From a virus (taxonomy: Duplodnaviria; Caudoviricetes): a DNA stretch of 43,345 nucleotides. Where the stretch lies: positions 1 to 43,345 of IMG/VR virus record IMGVR_UViG_3300014208_000070; one strand, written 5' to 3'. The number at the start of each line of letters is the position of its first letter. Within the stretch, counting starts at the first letter, position 1. The position numbers were made by a program, and so were the translations under genes. Under the pieces are notes generated by a model that did no database searches, had not been told where the DNA came from, and saw only the letters and a program-made list of their open reading frames with translations. This document shows, in pieces, positions 1-7,825 of the stretch.

Positions 1-232
1 ATTTAGTCCGTTGGCATACTCGCTCGATGTTATTTTGCCGCTGGTTGATTTACAGCAAGAGCGGAACTGGACGCCGATGATGCCCGCGCCTAAAAATTCG
101 TGGTATGAGGAGTTGTTTTCATTCAGGCAGCACATTACGCGGCTTCTGATGTGGTTTGAAATCCTGTTTGGCTGGGCCGCCAGTTTATTGTTAGTGGCGA
201 TATTTTCCGGTTTGACCAAACGGCGGGAATAA
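1..232 (+). CDS. 3' end of a host membrane protein (5'-truncated by window edge)
   Basis: ORF running in from the window edge; YSLDVILPLVDLQQE motif and C-terminal hydrophobic helix GWAASLLLVAIFSGL; stop at 232. Confidence 0.6.
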   Translation, partial: FSPLAYSLDVILPLVDLQQERNWTPMMPAPKNSWYEELFSFRQHITRLLMWFEILFGWAASLLLVAIFSGLTKRRE

Positions 233-374
233 TAACGCTGCGATCGCTAGCAGGCAGACAATAATGTTTATTGAGTCTGACGGCGCATTTGCAAGGAGCG
301 GCTTGCTCTGCCAATTTAACTGTCCCAACGTTACAATAGCTGACTTTTTACTAAGCGAGGTTTCTTAAGCGAGT

Positions 375-425
375 ATGGATACAGAAAAAATAAAAGTACT
401 TTTCGTCTGCATGGGCAGCATATAA
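375..425 (+). pseudogene. Original host 5' end of the LMW-PTP gene, cut off by prophage integration (MDTEKIKVLFVCMGSI*)
   Basis: ATG at 375; translation matches the N-terminus of the phosphatase at 41998 (EKIKVLF[V/I]CMG) and then stops at TAA 423-425. Confidence 0.9.
406..421 (+). repeat. attL core TCTGCATGGGCA(G)CAT
   Basis: 12-bp exact direct repeat with 42032-42043, extending to 15/16 bp; about 95 bp from the integrase stop. Confidence 0.9.
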
Positions 426-446
426 GCATCATTTATTTGCATTAAA

Positions 447-499
447 AATCAATGACTTGAACGGTTCCCCAAAATCCCCCCAATAATTCCCCAAAATAA
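447..499 (+). promoter_or_regulatory. IHF site and putative integrase arm-type sites in attL
   Basis: AATCAATGACTTG (447-459) matches IHF consensus WATCAANNNNTTR; TTCCCCAAAAT at 465-475 and 487-497 with a degenerate copy between. Confidence 0.65.
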
Positions 500-514
500 T
501 TGATAAAAACAGCC

Positions 515-1735
515 TTATTTAAGGGCTATTTCAAGCCAATCAGCGTTGCGCACGTCGTGGTAAACGGCTGTCATTTTGGCTGATTTGTGGCCTAGCAAAA
601 TTGTGGTATTGATGCCCCCCTGATCTGCGTACAGGCGTTCTGACAATGAGCGTTGCTCGTGAAATGTTGGCGGGTTTTTGCCTTCCCATGTTAGGGTTGT
701 TAACTCGCGGGCTCTCTGGAAGCCTCGGCTTATTGTATTTTGATGAACCGGGTCGCCAGGGGAGTGTTTAAAGTTGTTTTTATCATGATGAATCAATCGC
801 TTTGACAGCACACCGCTTTTTCTGCAGTTGGCGATGACGTCGCCTAGGGACATGTTTAATATATCCAGCTTAAGCGCCAGCGGTATTCTTAGTAGGGCTC
901 CTGTTTTTTGCTGGAGCACATGAAAGAAGTCGCCATCAACATACGGATAGGGTTTTATTGGGTGCTTATTATTATTTAGTTTGTAGGCTGAATAGGCTGC
1001 ATCCCAGTCTGATCCTTTTTTAAATTGAGCCAGGCTGATGTCTTCTAATCTTTGGGCAGATACTAAGGCCAGCAACATTCCATGCTGCACAAACGGCTGC
1101 AGCACATCGGCGGCCTGAAATATCTCTTGCCACACCTCAAACGTCAGGCGCGCACGTTTGATCTGAACGGTTTTATTTTTAGTCAGCGTGACTGGGTTAG
1201 CGTCTACCTCTCCGGCTTGAATGGCTTCGGAAAATATGTCGATCAAAATTGAGCGCATTGCTTGCGCCATTCGGTTTTTGTCCTGATCGCGCATGGCGTT
1301 CAAGCGCGTTGATATATCTTTTACACTGATATTTCTGATGCCAAAACCAGCAAATGATATAGCCCATTGTTTAGCGGCGTAACACCTGAAGCGGTGAGTG
1401 GTTTGTTTTATCTCGCCTATTTTTAGGCGCTCGTCCTGAATTTTCAAGTATTCGGCAATCCATAGCTCAAATTTTATGCCGCTTATTTTTATGACCGGTT
1501 CCCCAGTTAAGATGCTGTCCTGCTGTAGCTGGGCGAGCTGAGCATAAATTGCGGCATTGAGCTGCTTGGCTCTTTTTTTTGCCACCTCTTCATCGGCGCC
1601 GAGCCCACGAAATCGACCGTCGCGCGGGTCTTTGTACTGGAAGTTATCCCTGTTGGTGCGTTTATCTCGCTTTCTGTACAAGTTCGGTATCTTTTCAAGA
1701 TCACGATTTTTGGGGGTTCGGTCTCGTGGAGCCAT
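515..1735 (-). CDS. int: Tyrosine integrase, lambda Int family
   Basis: N-terminal arm-binding region (FQYKDPRDGRFRGLG); catalytic SAQR, TFHEQRSLSERLY, LLGHK..MTAVY. Confidence 0.95.
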   Translation of the reverse strand: MAPRDRTPKNRDLEKIPNLYRKRDKRTNRDNFQYKDPRDGRFRGLGADEEVAKKRAKQLNAAIYAQLAQLQQDSILTGEPVIKISGIKFELWIAEYLKIQDERLKIGEIKQTTHRFRCYAAKQWAISFAGFGIRNISVKDISTRLNAMRDQDKNRMAQAMRSILIDIFSEAIQAGEVDANPVTLTKNKTVQIKRARLTFEVWQEIFQAADVLQPFVQHGMLLALVSAQRLEDISLAQFKKGSDWDAAYSAYKLNNNKHPIKPYPYVDGDFFHVLQQKTGALLRIPLALKLDILNMSLGDVIANCRKSGVLSKRLIHHDKNNFKHSPGDPVHQNTISRGFQRARELTTLTWEGKNPPTFHEQRSLSERLYADQGGINTTILLGHKSAKMTAVYHDVRNADWLEIALK

Positions 1736-1762
1736 ACGATGCCTCGTTATTTTGTATTTACT

Positions 1763-2014
1763 TCACGCCGCCTGATGCTGATTTAGAATCTGCAAAACAA
1801 CCGGATCGGTCGGCATTATACTCATATCAATATTCTTTGGTATTTGAATGGGCGCCGCCGGTTTTCGATACTGAGCCGACTCAGTTACCAGCCAATCCTT
1901 CCCGACCTTATGCGGGGCAGGGGATATATAACCGTTCCGTGCCCATGCCCGCAAGGTGTTGATAGTATACCGCCCGTTAAACTGCTGAGCGTTCCACTCT
2001 TGAAGTGTTATCAC
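1763..2014 (-). CDS. xis: Excisionase, lambda Xis-like
   Basis: ITLQEW...TLRAWARNGYISPAPHKVGKDWLV signature, directly upstream of int. Confidence 0.9.
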   Translation of the reverse strand: MITLQEWNAQQFNGRYTINTLRAWARNGYISPAPHKVGKDWLVTESAQYRKPAAPIQIPKNIDMSIMPTDPVVLQILNQHQAA

Positions 2015-2033
2015 TATTTCATCACTCCTTCCG

Positions 2034-2486
2034 TTAATAAATATCTACAGCCAACGCGAGTCGGTGGTCGCCGCTATTGCTGAATCGTGAAAGTTGCGGG
2101 TGCGGAGGCTGTTCCGGGTGGCGCTCTATTAGATGTATGACAACGGTTTTTGGGCGGTGTTTGGTTTTGGTTGTTGGTTTGTTTATTCTGCCGGTGAGGA
2201 AGGCATTTGCGGCCGCATTGTCTATTTTTGGCGGTTTTCCGGCCTTTGCTTGCTCCGTCGGCTGTTCTGGCAGTTCCATAGTTTTCAGGTTGTTTTTATC
2301 CAGCCACGGCATGACTTCCGCTCTTAGGTAGGCGATTTCGTTGTTTGCCATTGTTTTGGCTGGCTTGGGAAATACCAGGCTTTTAATGGCGACAACTTTT
2401 TGCAGTTTTACTCGGCTCGCGGCGGTATGTTCAAGGATTTCAGCGCGGGTGATGTATATGCTGGGTTGGGTTTGTTTGGCGGTCAT
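2034..2486 (-). CDS. Hypothetical protein with AlpA-like N-terminal HTH
   Basis: ATG 2486 overlaps upstream stop (ATGA); YITRAEIL...FPKP...YLRAEV..W pattern. Confidence 0.55.
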   Translation of the reverse strand: MTAKQTQPSIYITRAEILEHTAASRVKLQKVVAIKSLVFPKPAKTMANNEIAYLRAEVMPWLDKNNLKTMELPEQPTEQAKAGKPPKIDNAAANAFLTGRINKPTTKTKHRPKTVVIHLIERHPEQPPHPQLSRFSNSGDHRLALAVDIY

Positions 2487-2677
2487 TTCCACTCCTGGGT
2501 GTGCATGTTGAAGTCGGCCAGTTCGCGCTTGAGTGCTTTCAATACCCATGCAGAGCGGACTTTACGCAGACGTCCGACCAGCAGCCGTGCCATTTTGTCG
2601 GCAACGCTGTCAGCGGCGTGTAGCGTTTGCTCGGCTTCGTTGACGGCATCCAGCATTTGGTCGAATTTGTTGCTCAC
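2483..2677 (-). CDS. Hypothetical phage protein
   Basis: 64-aa ORF tightly packed between its neighbours. Confidence 0.65.
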   Translation of the reverse strand: MSNKFDQMLDAVNEAEQTLHAADSVADKMARLLVGRLRKVRSAWVLKALKRELADFNMHTQEWK

Positions 2678-2679
2678 GT

Positions 2680-3162
2680 TTATGACTCGCGCAGTGATGC
2701 GTCTGCCCGGCCAAAGGACAGGGCGCTCTCTGGCAGCGGTTCTCCTATTGGCCAGCGGTAATCGCTCACGCGGTCCAGGCTAAATGCCCTGATGTTGACT
2801 TCGTCGCCTTGGTTGCCGCCCAGCACGAGCAGGCGGCCTTGCGTATCTTTTCCGACGACAAAGCCAACGTGGCCGCCGCCGTCTCGTGTGAATACAACGA
2901 TGCAGCCGATGCATGGCATGTTTAATCTAAAGCCCCAATCCAGATAGCTTTTTGCGCTCTCGAAACGGGTTGAGCGGATGCCAGAAGCCTCAAGACATGC
3001 GCCGACAAATGCCGCGCACCAGGGCGTTTCGTCGTCTTTTATACCGCCGCGCCTGATGGCTTTCCACCAGCCGAGGATTTTGGCGTTGTTGGATGGCCCT
3101 TTAATCTCGCGGGTGCCGATGTGTTTTCTGGCTTCGATTAGCCATTTGGGTTCAGTTGTCAT
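2680..3162 (-). CDS. TIGR02594-family NlpC/P60-CHAP-like peptidoglycan peptidase (endolysin candidate)
   Basis: PKWLIEARKHIG, DETPWCAAFV (Cys), GGGHVGFV (His), LGGNQ. Confidence 0.85.
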   Translation of the reverse strand: MTTEPKWLIEARKHIGTREIKGPSNNAKILGWWKAIRRGGIKDDETPWCAAFVGACLEASGIRSTRFESAKSYLDWGFRLNMPCIGCIVVFTRDGGGHVGFVVGKDTQGRLLVLGGNQGDEVNIRAFSLDRVSDYRWPIGEPLPESALSFGRADASLRES

Positions 3163-3206
3163 TTTATTGTCCTGAGATAGTTTTGTATTTGTTGGTGATA
3201 TAGCGG

Positions 3207-4994
3207 CTAATTAATGCCGTCCGCCAAAGGCGCTACAAGCGCCGAATCAATGCGCTGCCCGATGTAATGCATCACCGGCACGGCCATTGAATTGCCTAAT
3301 GCCTTGTACCTGGGCCCATCGGCGGCAGGCTTGCCTCGTGCCGGGATTAAAGTAAAGTCATCAGGGAATCCCTGTAATCGCTCACATTCTTTAGGCGTTA
3401 GTCGGCGCACCGTCATTCCGTAGTGAGTTGTTGGTACGCCAGCCCCACCGCCATCGCTTGAGCAAATTGGCGGGGCAATAATATCGGGTGTAAACCCGTC
3501 ATGCCCGCATGCCCTAAAACAAACTGCTACTTGTCCGCCTGCATTTTGGTTGCTGTTGACGCTATTCATGCTTCGTAATGTGGGGCTTATCGGCCCTGCA
3601 TCAGCGCCATGATCTTTGCACGAAAAGGCTATTAAATTTTCATGGCTGTCTTGCGGTCTCGCTCTTAATGTGCCGAATCCTTCCCGCCAATACCCGGCTC
3701 CAGATGAATGGTATGCCCCAGTAACAAGCAGCCCAATATCCTGGCCATTCTTGCCATTACCCATGCTAGAATTTAAGCAACCTGGTGTCGCGGGCCCAGG
3801 GACATTAACAGCCACTACATTCATTCCGCTGTCGTGGCGTGAGGTCGGGGTTCCAGCTATATCCCCAAACTGTGTGACAGGCATAGCAGGATAAGAGTCT
3901 TTCTGGACAGCAAAACACTCAGACTCAAAATCAAGACGACCAGATCCGCCATGAGCATTAATAGCCGGAGAAACATCGATTGAGCCGCTGGTGTTGTTGC
4001 CGCCAAAACAGGCTACTGTTGGCACCTGATTAGTTCCGCTGGCTCCGGCTCTTAGTGGCGGTGTGCATTCGATAGCAAAGCCGATGCCGTGTGATCCTGA
4101 ACTATTACCGGCGCTAAAAGATGCCGCCACCCCATGTTGGTCCGATTTGGTCAGGCATGGTGCAACATCTAGCATGGGTTCCACGGCATTCCCTCTATTC
4201 TCTGGCTTACGGCCAATCCAGTTACCCGGGATACCGTAGGCAATCACAGGGTCTTGTCCTGTTGTGTCTCCAACTCGCTCGACGCCTCTACCACTGCTTG
4301 TAAGGCATGGTGAACCATCGTAGGTAATTTCTTTCCCCGCTTTTCTGCCCGGTGGAGTATCCCCGCGCAGGCTGTGGCGCTCAAGAAGTATCGGCGGTCT
4401 ACTGGACCAGTCTCCAAAATCGACGATAGCGAACACGCGCTTGCGCCGCTGCGCCAATCCGAACCATTGCGCGTCCAAACAAGCCCATTCGAGCATTCCA
4501 TTGTCGCCGATCGCTGCGCCTTCTGTGCCCCAGCCGTTTTTGGGGATCGCAACGTCGTCGAATCCTGCCATGAGCCCAACCACCCGAGCAAAATCTCCGC
4601 CCTTGTTTGAGCTGAACGCTCCAGGCACGTTTTCCCATAATGCGAAACGACATCCGTTGTGCTGTCTAGCCCATCGAATAAGTCTAATTGCCGTAATGAA
4701 TAATCCGCTGCGTGTTTCGTTGCCTTCTGCATCTTTAAATCCTTTCCGCGCTCCGGCAACGGATAAATCTTGGCAAGGACTGCCAAATACAACCAGGTCG
4801 ATAGGCCCCAGTGCTTTAATTTGCTCTTCGGTTATTTTTGTCACGTCGCCAAGGTTGGGGATATCCGGGTAATGGTGCGCCAGTAAGGCGCATGGGAATG
4901 GTTCAATCTCGCTGAATGCAACCGGTTCCCATCCAAGGCTAGCCCATGCCATTGTTGCGGCCTCAATCCCGCTAAAGAGCGATAAATACCTCAC
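3207..4994 (-). CDS. C5 DNA cytosine methyltransferase with very long variable region
   Basis: Motif I SLFSGIEA, IV GSPCQDLS, VI ENVPG, VIII QRRKRVF, IX RRLTPKECERLQGFP, X YKALGNSMAVPV. Confidence 0.95.
   Translation of the reverse strand: MRYLSLFSGIEAATMAWASLGWEPVAFSEIEPFPCALLAHHYPDIPNLGDVTKITEEQIKALGPIDLVVFGSPCQDLSVAGARKGFKDAEGNETRSGLFITAIRLIRWARQHNGCRFALWENVPGAFSSNKGGDFARVVGLMAGFDDVAIPKNGWGTEGAAIGDNGMLEWACLDAQWFGLAQRRKRVFAIVDFGDWSSRPPILLERHSLRGDTPPGRKAGKEITYDGSPCLTSSGRGVERVGDTTGQDPVIAYGIPGNWIGRKPENRGNAVEPMLDVAPCLTKSDQHGVAASFSAGNSSGSHGIGFAIECTPPLRAGASGTNQVPTVACFGGNNTSGSIDVSPAINAHGGSGRLDFESECFAVQKDSYPAMPVTQFGDIAGTPTSRHDSGMNVVAVNVPGPATPGCLNSSMGNGKNGQDIGLLVTGAYHSSGAGYWREGFGTLRARPQDSHENLIAFSCKDHGADAGPISPTLRSMNSVNSNQNAGGQVAVCFRACGHDGFTPDIIAPPICSSDGGGAGVPTTHYGMTVRRLTPKECERLQGFPDDFTLIPARGKPAADGPRYKALGNSMAVPVMHYIGQRIDSALVAPLADGIN
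4244..4732 (-). CDS. Nested alternative-frame gene, M.EcoHK31I beta-polypeptide-like
   Basis: ATG 4732 with AAGGA RBS; CSLSSILET...YFLSATACAGILHRAEKRGKKLP motif. Confidence 0.7.
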   Translation of the reverse strand: MQKATKHAADYSLRQLDLFDGLDSTTDVVSHYGKTCLERSAQTRAEILLGWLGSWQDSTTLRSPKTAGAQKAQRSATMECSNGLVWTRNGSDWRSGASACSLSSILETGPVDRRYFLSATACAGILHRAEKRGKKLPTMVHHALQAVVEASSELETQQDKTL

Positions 4995-5010
4995 TCTAAA
5001 TTCCCCTCTC

Positions 5011-5235
5011 TCATAAACTCACCACCAATTTGTTCAAATCGACATGCCCGACGACGCCTTTTATCCATACGACTGCCATACTCTTGGCGAAGATCATGGC
5101 GGGCGATGTGGTTACGGTTGCTATTTCCACGCCAACACCGTTGGTTATTTTTACCGGCGTGCCGGGCGGGTAGTTTTCGTTCCACAAGGCGACCAGTTGT
5201 TGTATGCGGTCGGGTGCGTTTGGGGCGGATGTCAT
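5011..5235 (-). CDS. Hypothetical phage protein
   Basis: ATG 5235; WNENYPPGTPV...AVVWIKGV pattern seen in small phage early proteins. Confidence 0.55.
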   Translation of the reverse strand: MTSAPNAPDRIQQLVALWNENYPPGTPVKITNGVGVEIATVTTSPAMIFAKSMAVVWIKGVVGHVDLNKLVVSL

Positions 5236-5366
5236 TTTTATTCTCTCAGCGGCATAATGACGACAGTTGCATCGCCAGCGATAAAGAACCCGCACTTTTC
5301 ATTGGTTTTTAAATCGAAAGAGTCCGATCTTTTGGCTATTCGGATTTCTCTGTGTGTGGATAGCAT

Positions 5367-6692
5367 TTATTCTTCCTTCTCAAGCATCTTAAGTAATGTG
5401 GGTATGTGGGTTCCCAGGTCTAAGAAAATATCTTCTTCAGTGAGAATTCCACACTCTAAACTTTTATGAATTGCATTTGCGCCCATTGACGCTCTGAGTG
5501 GTTTACGCATCTTCTTATGGGCATCATCAGCAAACAAAATCTTGGCTCTGAGCGTGTCGAATGAATAGCCCCTGCCACTCCTGCTCATAATCTTAATCAG
5601 TCCATTTAAGCACTCTGTATAAGCGTTCGTGATGGGGTGATCGAAGTAGTTGAATATCTCGGCATTCCAATTCTCCATAACCCGTAGCACCAGCTTAAAA
5701 TGCGGCTTAATTTCCTTCGGTATTCCATCCCGCCAGCACTCATACAGTTCAATCGCTTGTTGCTTATCCTGAGCATCCCATATACTATAAAAGCTCTCCT
5801 TGGCTTCGTGGGTCTGCTTAAGCAAAGGGTGGTTTATGATAATACCTTCCAGCTTCAATTCTTGCTGGAGCGTTAAGTCCTTACGATGTCGTAACAAGAC
5901 GAACCTATCACCAAGCATCTTTTTACGGCCCTTTTCGGTAAGTTCCTTGCTGATAGTTTTTCTGGCGCTCTCCATGCCGTCTGATGCTAACCTGACTACG
6001 TGGAATTTATCGATAACGACTTTAGCCTTTGGGAACATAAGCTTTGCTACAGCGGCATAAGGCCTCCACATGTCCATTGTTACCAACTCAACACGATCCT
6101 TGTTAGGGAACGTAGTCAATGCTGTCATAACCGCTTTCTGAGTTCGATACTCGAACATTTCAACAGCGGTATTGTGTTCAACATTGGTTATGACGCAGCG
6201 CATTTCATTGGTTAAGTGAACCTCGTCAATGCCTAACCAGCGTGGAGTTACGACTTTAAATCTCTTCTGACGCTCTTTGATATACTCACCAAACATGTTG
6301 CGCACAGTCTTTTCATGCAGCCCCGTATCTCGCGCTACGCTGGCAAACATGTGGTTAATGCACCGTCTATTTACCCAGGTAACAAGTCGCTTTGTAGTGA
6401 GCCGTTTATCGTCCATATCTGGCAACTCTTCCATGAATGTCTTACCGCAATCCTTACACCTGAACCGCTTTCTTAATACCGTCAGGGCAGTTCTGTGGCC
6501 CAATGTAGGAACGTCAATAAACAGCTGTCTATGGATACCATGCCCGATAAAATTAGAACCTGAACACTCTGGGCATTGGGTTACTTTAAGATTTGATTCC
6601 GCCTCAATGCCGTTAGCAACATCATCGCCATCTTCCCTGATAGTTTTTATGCTTATGATATTTAGGTTTGGTAGGTTTAGGATGTTAGCCAT
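5367..6692 (-). CDS. ISL3-family DDE transposase
   Basis: Zn ribbon CPEC...RFRCKDCGKTF; LGIDE, MDMWRPY, IDKFHVV, TNAYTECLNGLIK..GRGYSF; start overlaps upstream stop (TAATG). Confidence 0.92.
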   Translation of the reverse strand: MANILNLPNLNIISIKTIREDGDDVANGIEAESNLKVTQCPECSGSNFIGHGIHRQLFIDVPTLGHRTALTVLRKRFRCKDCGKTFMEELPDMDDKRLTTKRLVTWVNRRCINHMFASVARDTGLHEKTVRNMFGEYIKERQKRFKVVTPRWLGIDEVHLTNEMRCVITNVEHNTAVEMFEYRTQKAVMTALTTFPNKDRVELVTMDMWRPYAAVAKLMFPKAKVVIDKFHVVRLASDGMESARKTISKELTEKGRKKMLGDRFVLLRHRKDLTLQQELKLEGIIINHPLLKQTHEAKESFYSIWDAQDKQQAIELYECWRDGIPKEIKPHFKLVLRVMENWNAEIFNYFDHPITNAYTECLNGLIKIMSRSGRGYSFDTLRAKILFADDAHKKMRKPLRASMGANAIHKSLECGILTEEDIFLDLGTHIPTLLKMLEKEE

Positions 6693-7456
6693 TATGCTGC
6701 ATACTCCATTTTTGCCATATTGCAAAAAAACGAGCATTCTATATCAGGCTCGTCTTGATGCCTGCCCATATTAACCGGCAACTCATCAAGGTATAGGCTT
6801 TTTGACTTTTTTGTCCCCTCTATCTTAACCCTGATAACAGACCTTCCCAATTCACGCTCTATTTCGGCCATTTCTTTAAACACAATGGGAAAATCTACTC
6901 TTATCTTGTTCCAATAACCCGCACCGCCTTTTACGCAGCCTATGCAGTTGTTATTCCTATAGCCTAATTTGTACATAAAGGGTAGTTCAATTCCAGCGTC
7001 CTCTATCATAGCCAGGCAATCGGATTTAACTAGACCTCTATCAATTAAGGGGAACAATCCCTTCACATATCCATTCCTGTCTTTAAAGTCACTCGCCCTA
7101 TCGTTTTCCTCGGCTGTAAACCCAAATACCTGATAATCATCTTCCTCCTCAAAAAGCACTCTTGTTTGGCGTTTTAGTAAACGAGTGCAAGCTGCTCCAG
7201 TAGGGCCAACAAGAAATCGTTCTTTTCTATACACCTCTTTTGCCGATCCTTTATATTTTTCATTCCTCAGCACGATAATTTCTTGTCCAAACCATTTCTC
7301 GCAATCAGATAAAAACCGCTTATTGTCTTGATGCTCTTCTGCTATCTCCGTATATGCAATTACTATCGGTAGTTTTCCATTGTTATCTGAAATAGCCAAT
7401 TTTGTTGCTACCGCAGAAGCAGCCCCACATGAAAACCAGCAAACAATCCTACTCAT
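6692..7456 (-). CDS. PP-loop (PAPS-reductase-like) protein with Cys clusters; IS passenger
   Basis: WFSCGAAS (SxGxxS variant), ACTRLLK, NNNCIGCVKG, C-terminal ECSFFC. Confidence 0.75.
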   Translation of the reverse strand: MSRIVCWFSCGAASAVATKLAISDNNGKLPIVIAYTEIAEEHQDNKRFLSDCEKWFGQEIIVLRNEKYKGSAKEVYRKERFLVGPTGAACTRLLKRQTRVLFEEEDDYQVFGFTAEENDRASDFKDRNGYVKGLFPLIDRGLVKSDCLAMIEDAGIELPFMYKLGYRNNNCIGCVKGGAGYWNKIRVDFPIVFKEMAEIERELGRSVIRVKIEGTKKSKSLYLDELPVNMGRHQDEPDIECSFFCNMAKMEYAA

Positions 7457-7477
7457 AAACACACCATAATCCGATTA
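7457..7477. repeat. Internal copy of the IS terminal repeat
   Basis: AAACACACCATAATCCGATTA (7457-7477) vs AAACACACTAAAATCCGATTA (7513-7533), 19/21 identical. Confidence 0.85.
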
Positions 7478-7637
7478 AACAAGAATGGGTAGTCTAACAT
7501 GAAAGCTGTGTAAAACACACTAAAATCCGATTAGCCCTTCTTTTTAACCTTTAACAAAATTATTCAACTGCTCCCGTCTTTTTTCGGAGCGGGAGGACTC
7601 CGGCCTCAGTGTTCTTTAAATCGGTTTAGCATCCCTC

Positions 7638-7662
7638 AAAAAAGACCCGCCTTTCACGGGTC
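7638..7662 (-). terminator. Intrinsic terminator just downstream of PL
   Basis: Minus strand GACCCG-TGAAAGG-CGGGTC-TTTTTT. Confidence 0.7.
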
Positions 7663-7704
7663 AAACAGAGGGGAGGGGCTTGGTAAATTGTTATCTCGGG
7701 AGAG

Positions 7705-7748
7705 ATAATACGCCAACGTATTTTTATTTGTCAATACGTTATCGTATT
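7705..7748 (-). promoter_or_regulatory. PL promoter with two OL operators
   Basis: TTGACA (7734-7729), 18 bp, TATTAT (7710-7705); palindromes AATACG-N4-CGTATT at 7707-7722 and 7733-7748. Confidence 0.8.
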
Positions 7749-7798
7749 ATTTTTAATGCGATGCAAAAAAACCGCTACAATGCAGTTTTCCAGGCAAT

Positions 7799-7820
7799 AA
7801 AAAACCCGCTTAGACGGGCT
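7799..7820 (-). terminator. Terminator ending the cI operon
   Basis: Minus strand GCCCG-TCTAAG-CGGGT followed by a T run. Confidence 0.65.
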
Positions 7821-7825
7821 GGTTT

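Larger units (their letters stand above)
5334..7536 (-). mobile_element. ISL3-family insertion sequence with passenger gene
   Basis: Terminal inverted repeats GGCTATTCGGATTTCTCTGTGT (5334-5355) and GGCTAATCGGATTTTAGTGTGT (reverse complement of 7515-7536), 18/22 identical; flanks GATCTTTT vs CTTCTTTT. Confidence 0.8.

Noticed and set aside
6693-6737. Longer transposase start at 6737
   Set aside because: Overlaps the passenger gene; ATG 6692 coupled by TAATG is more plausible
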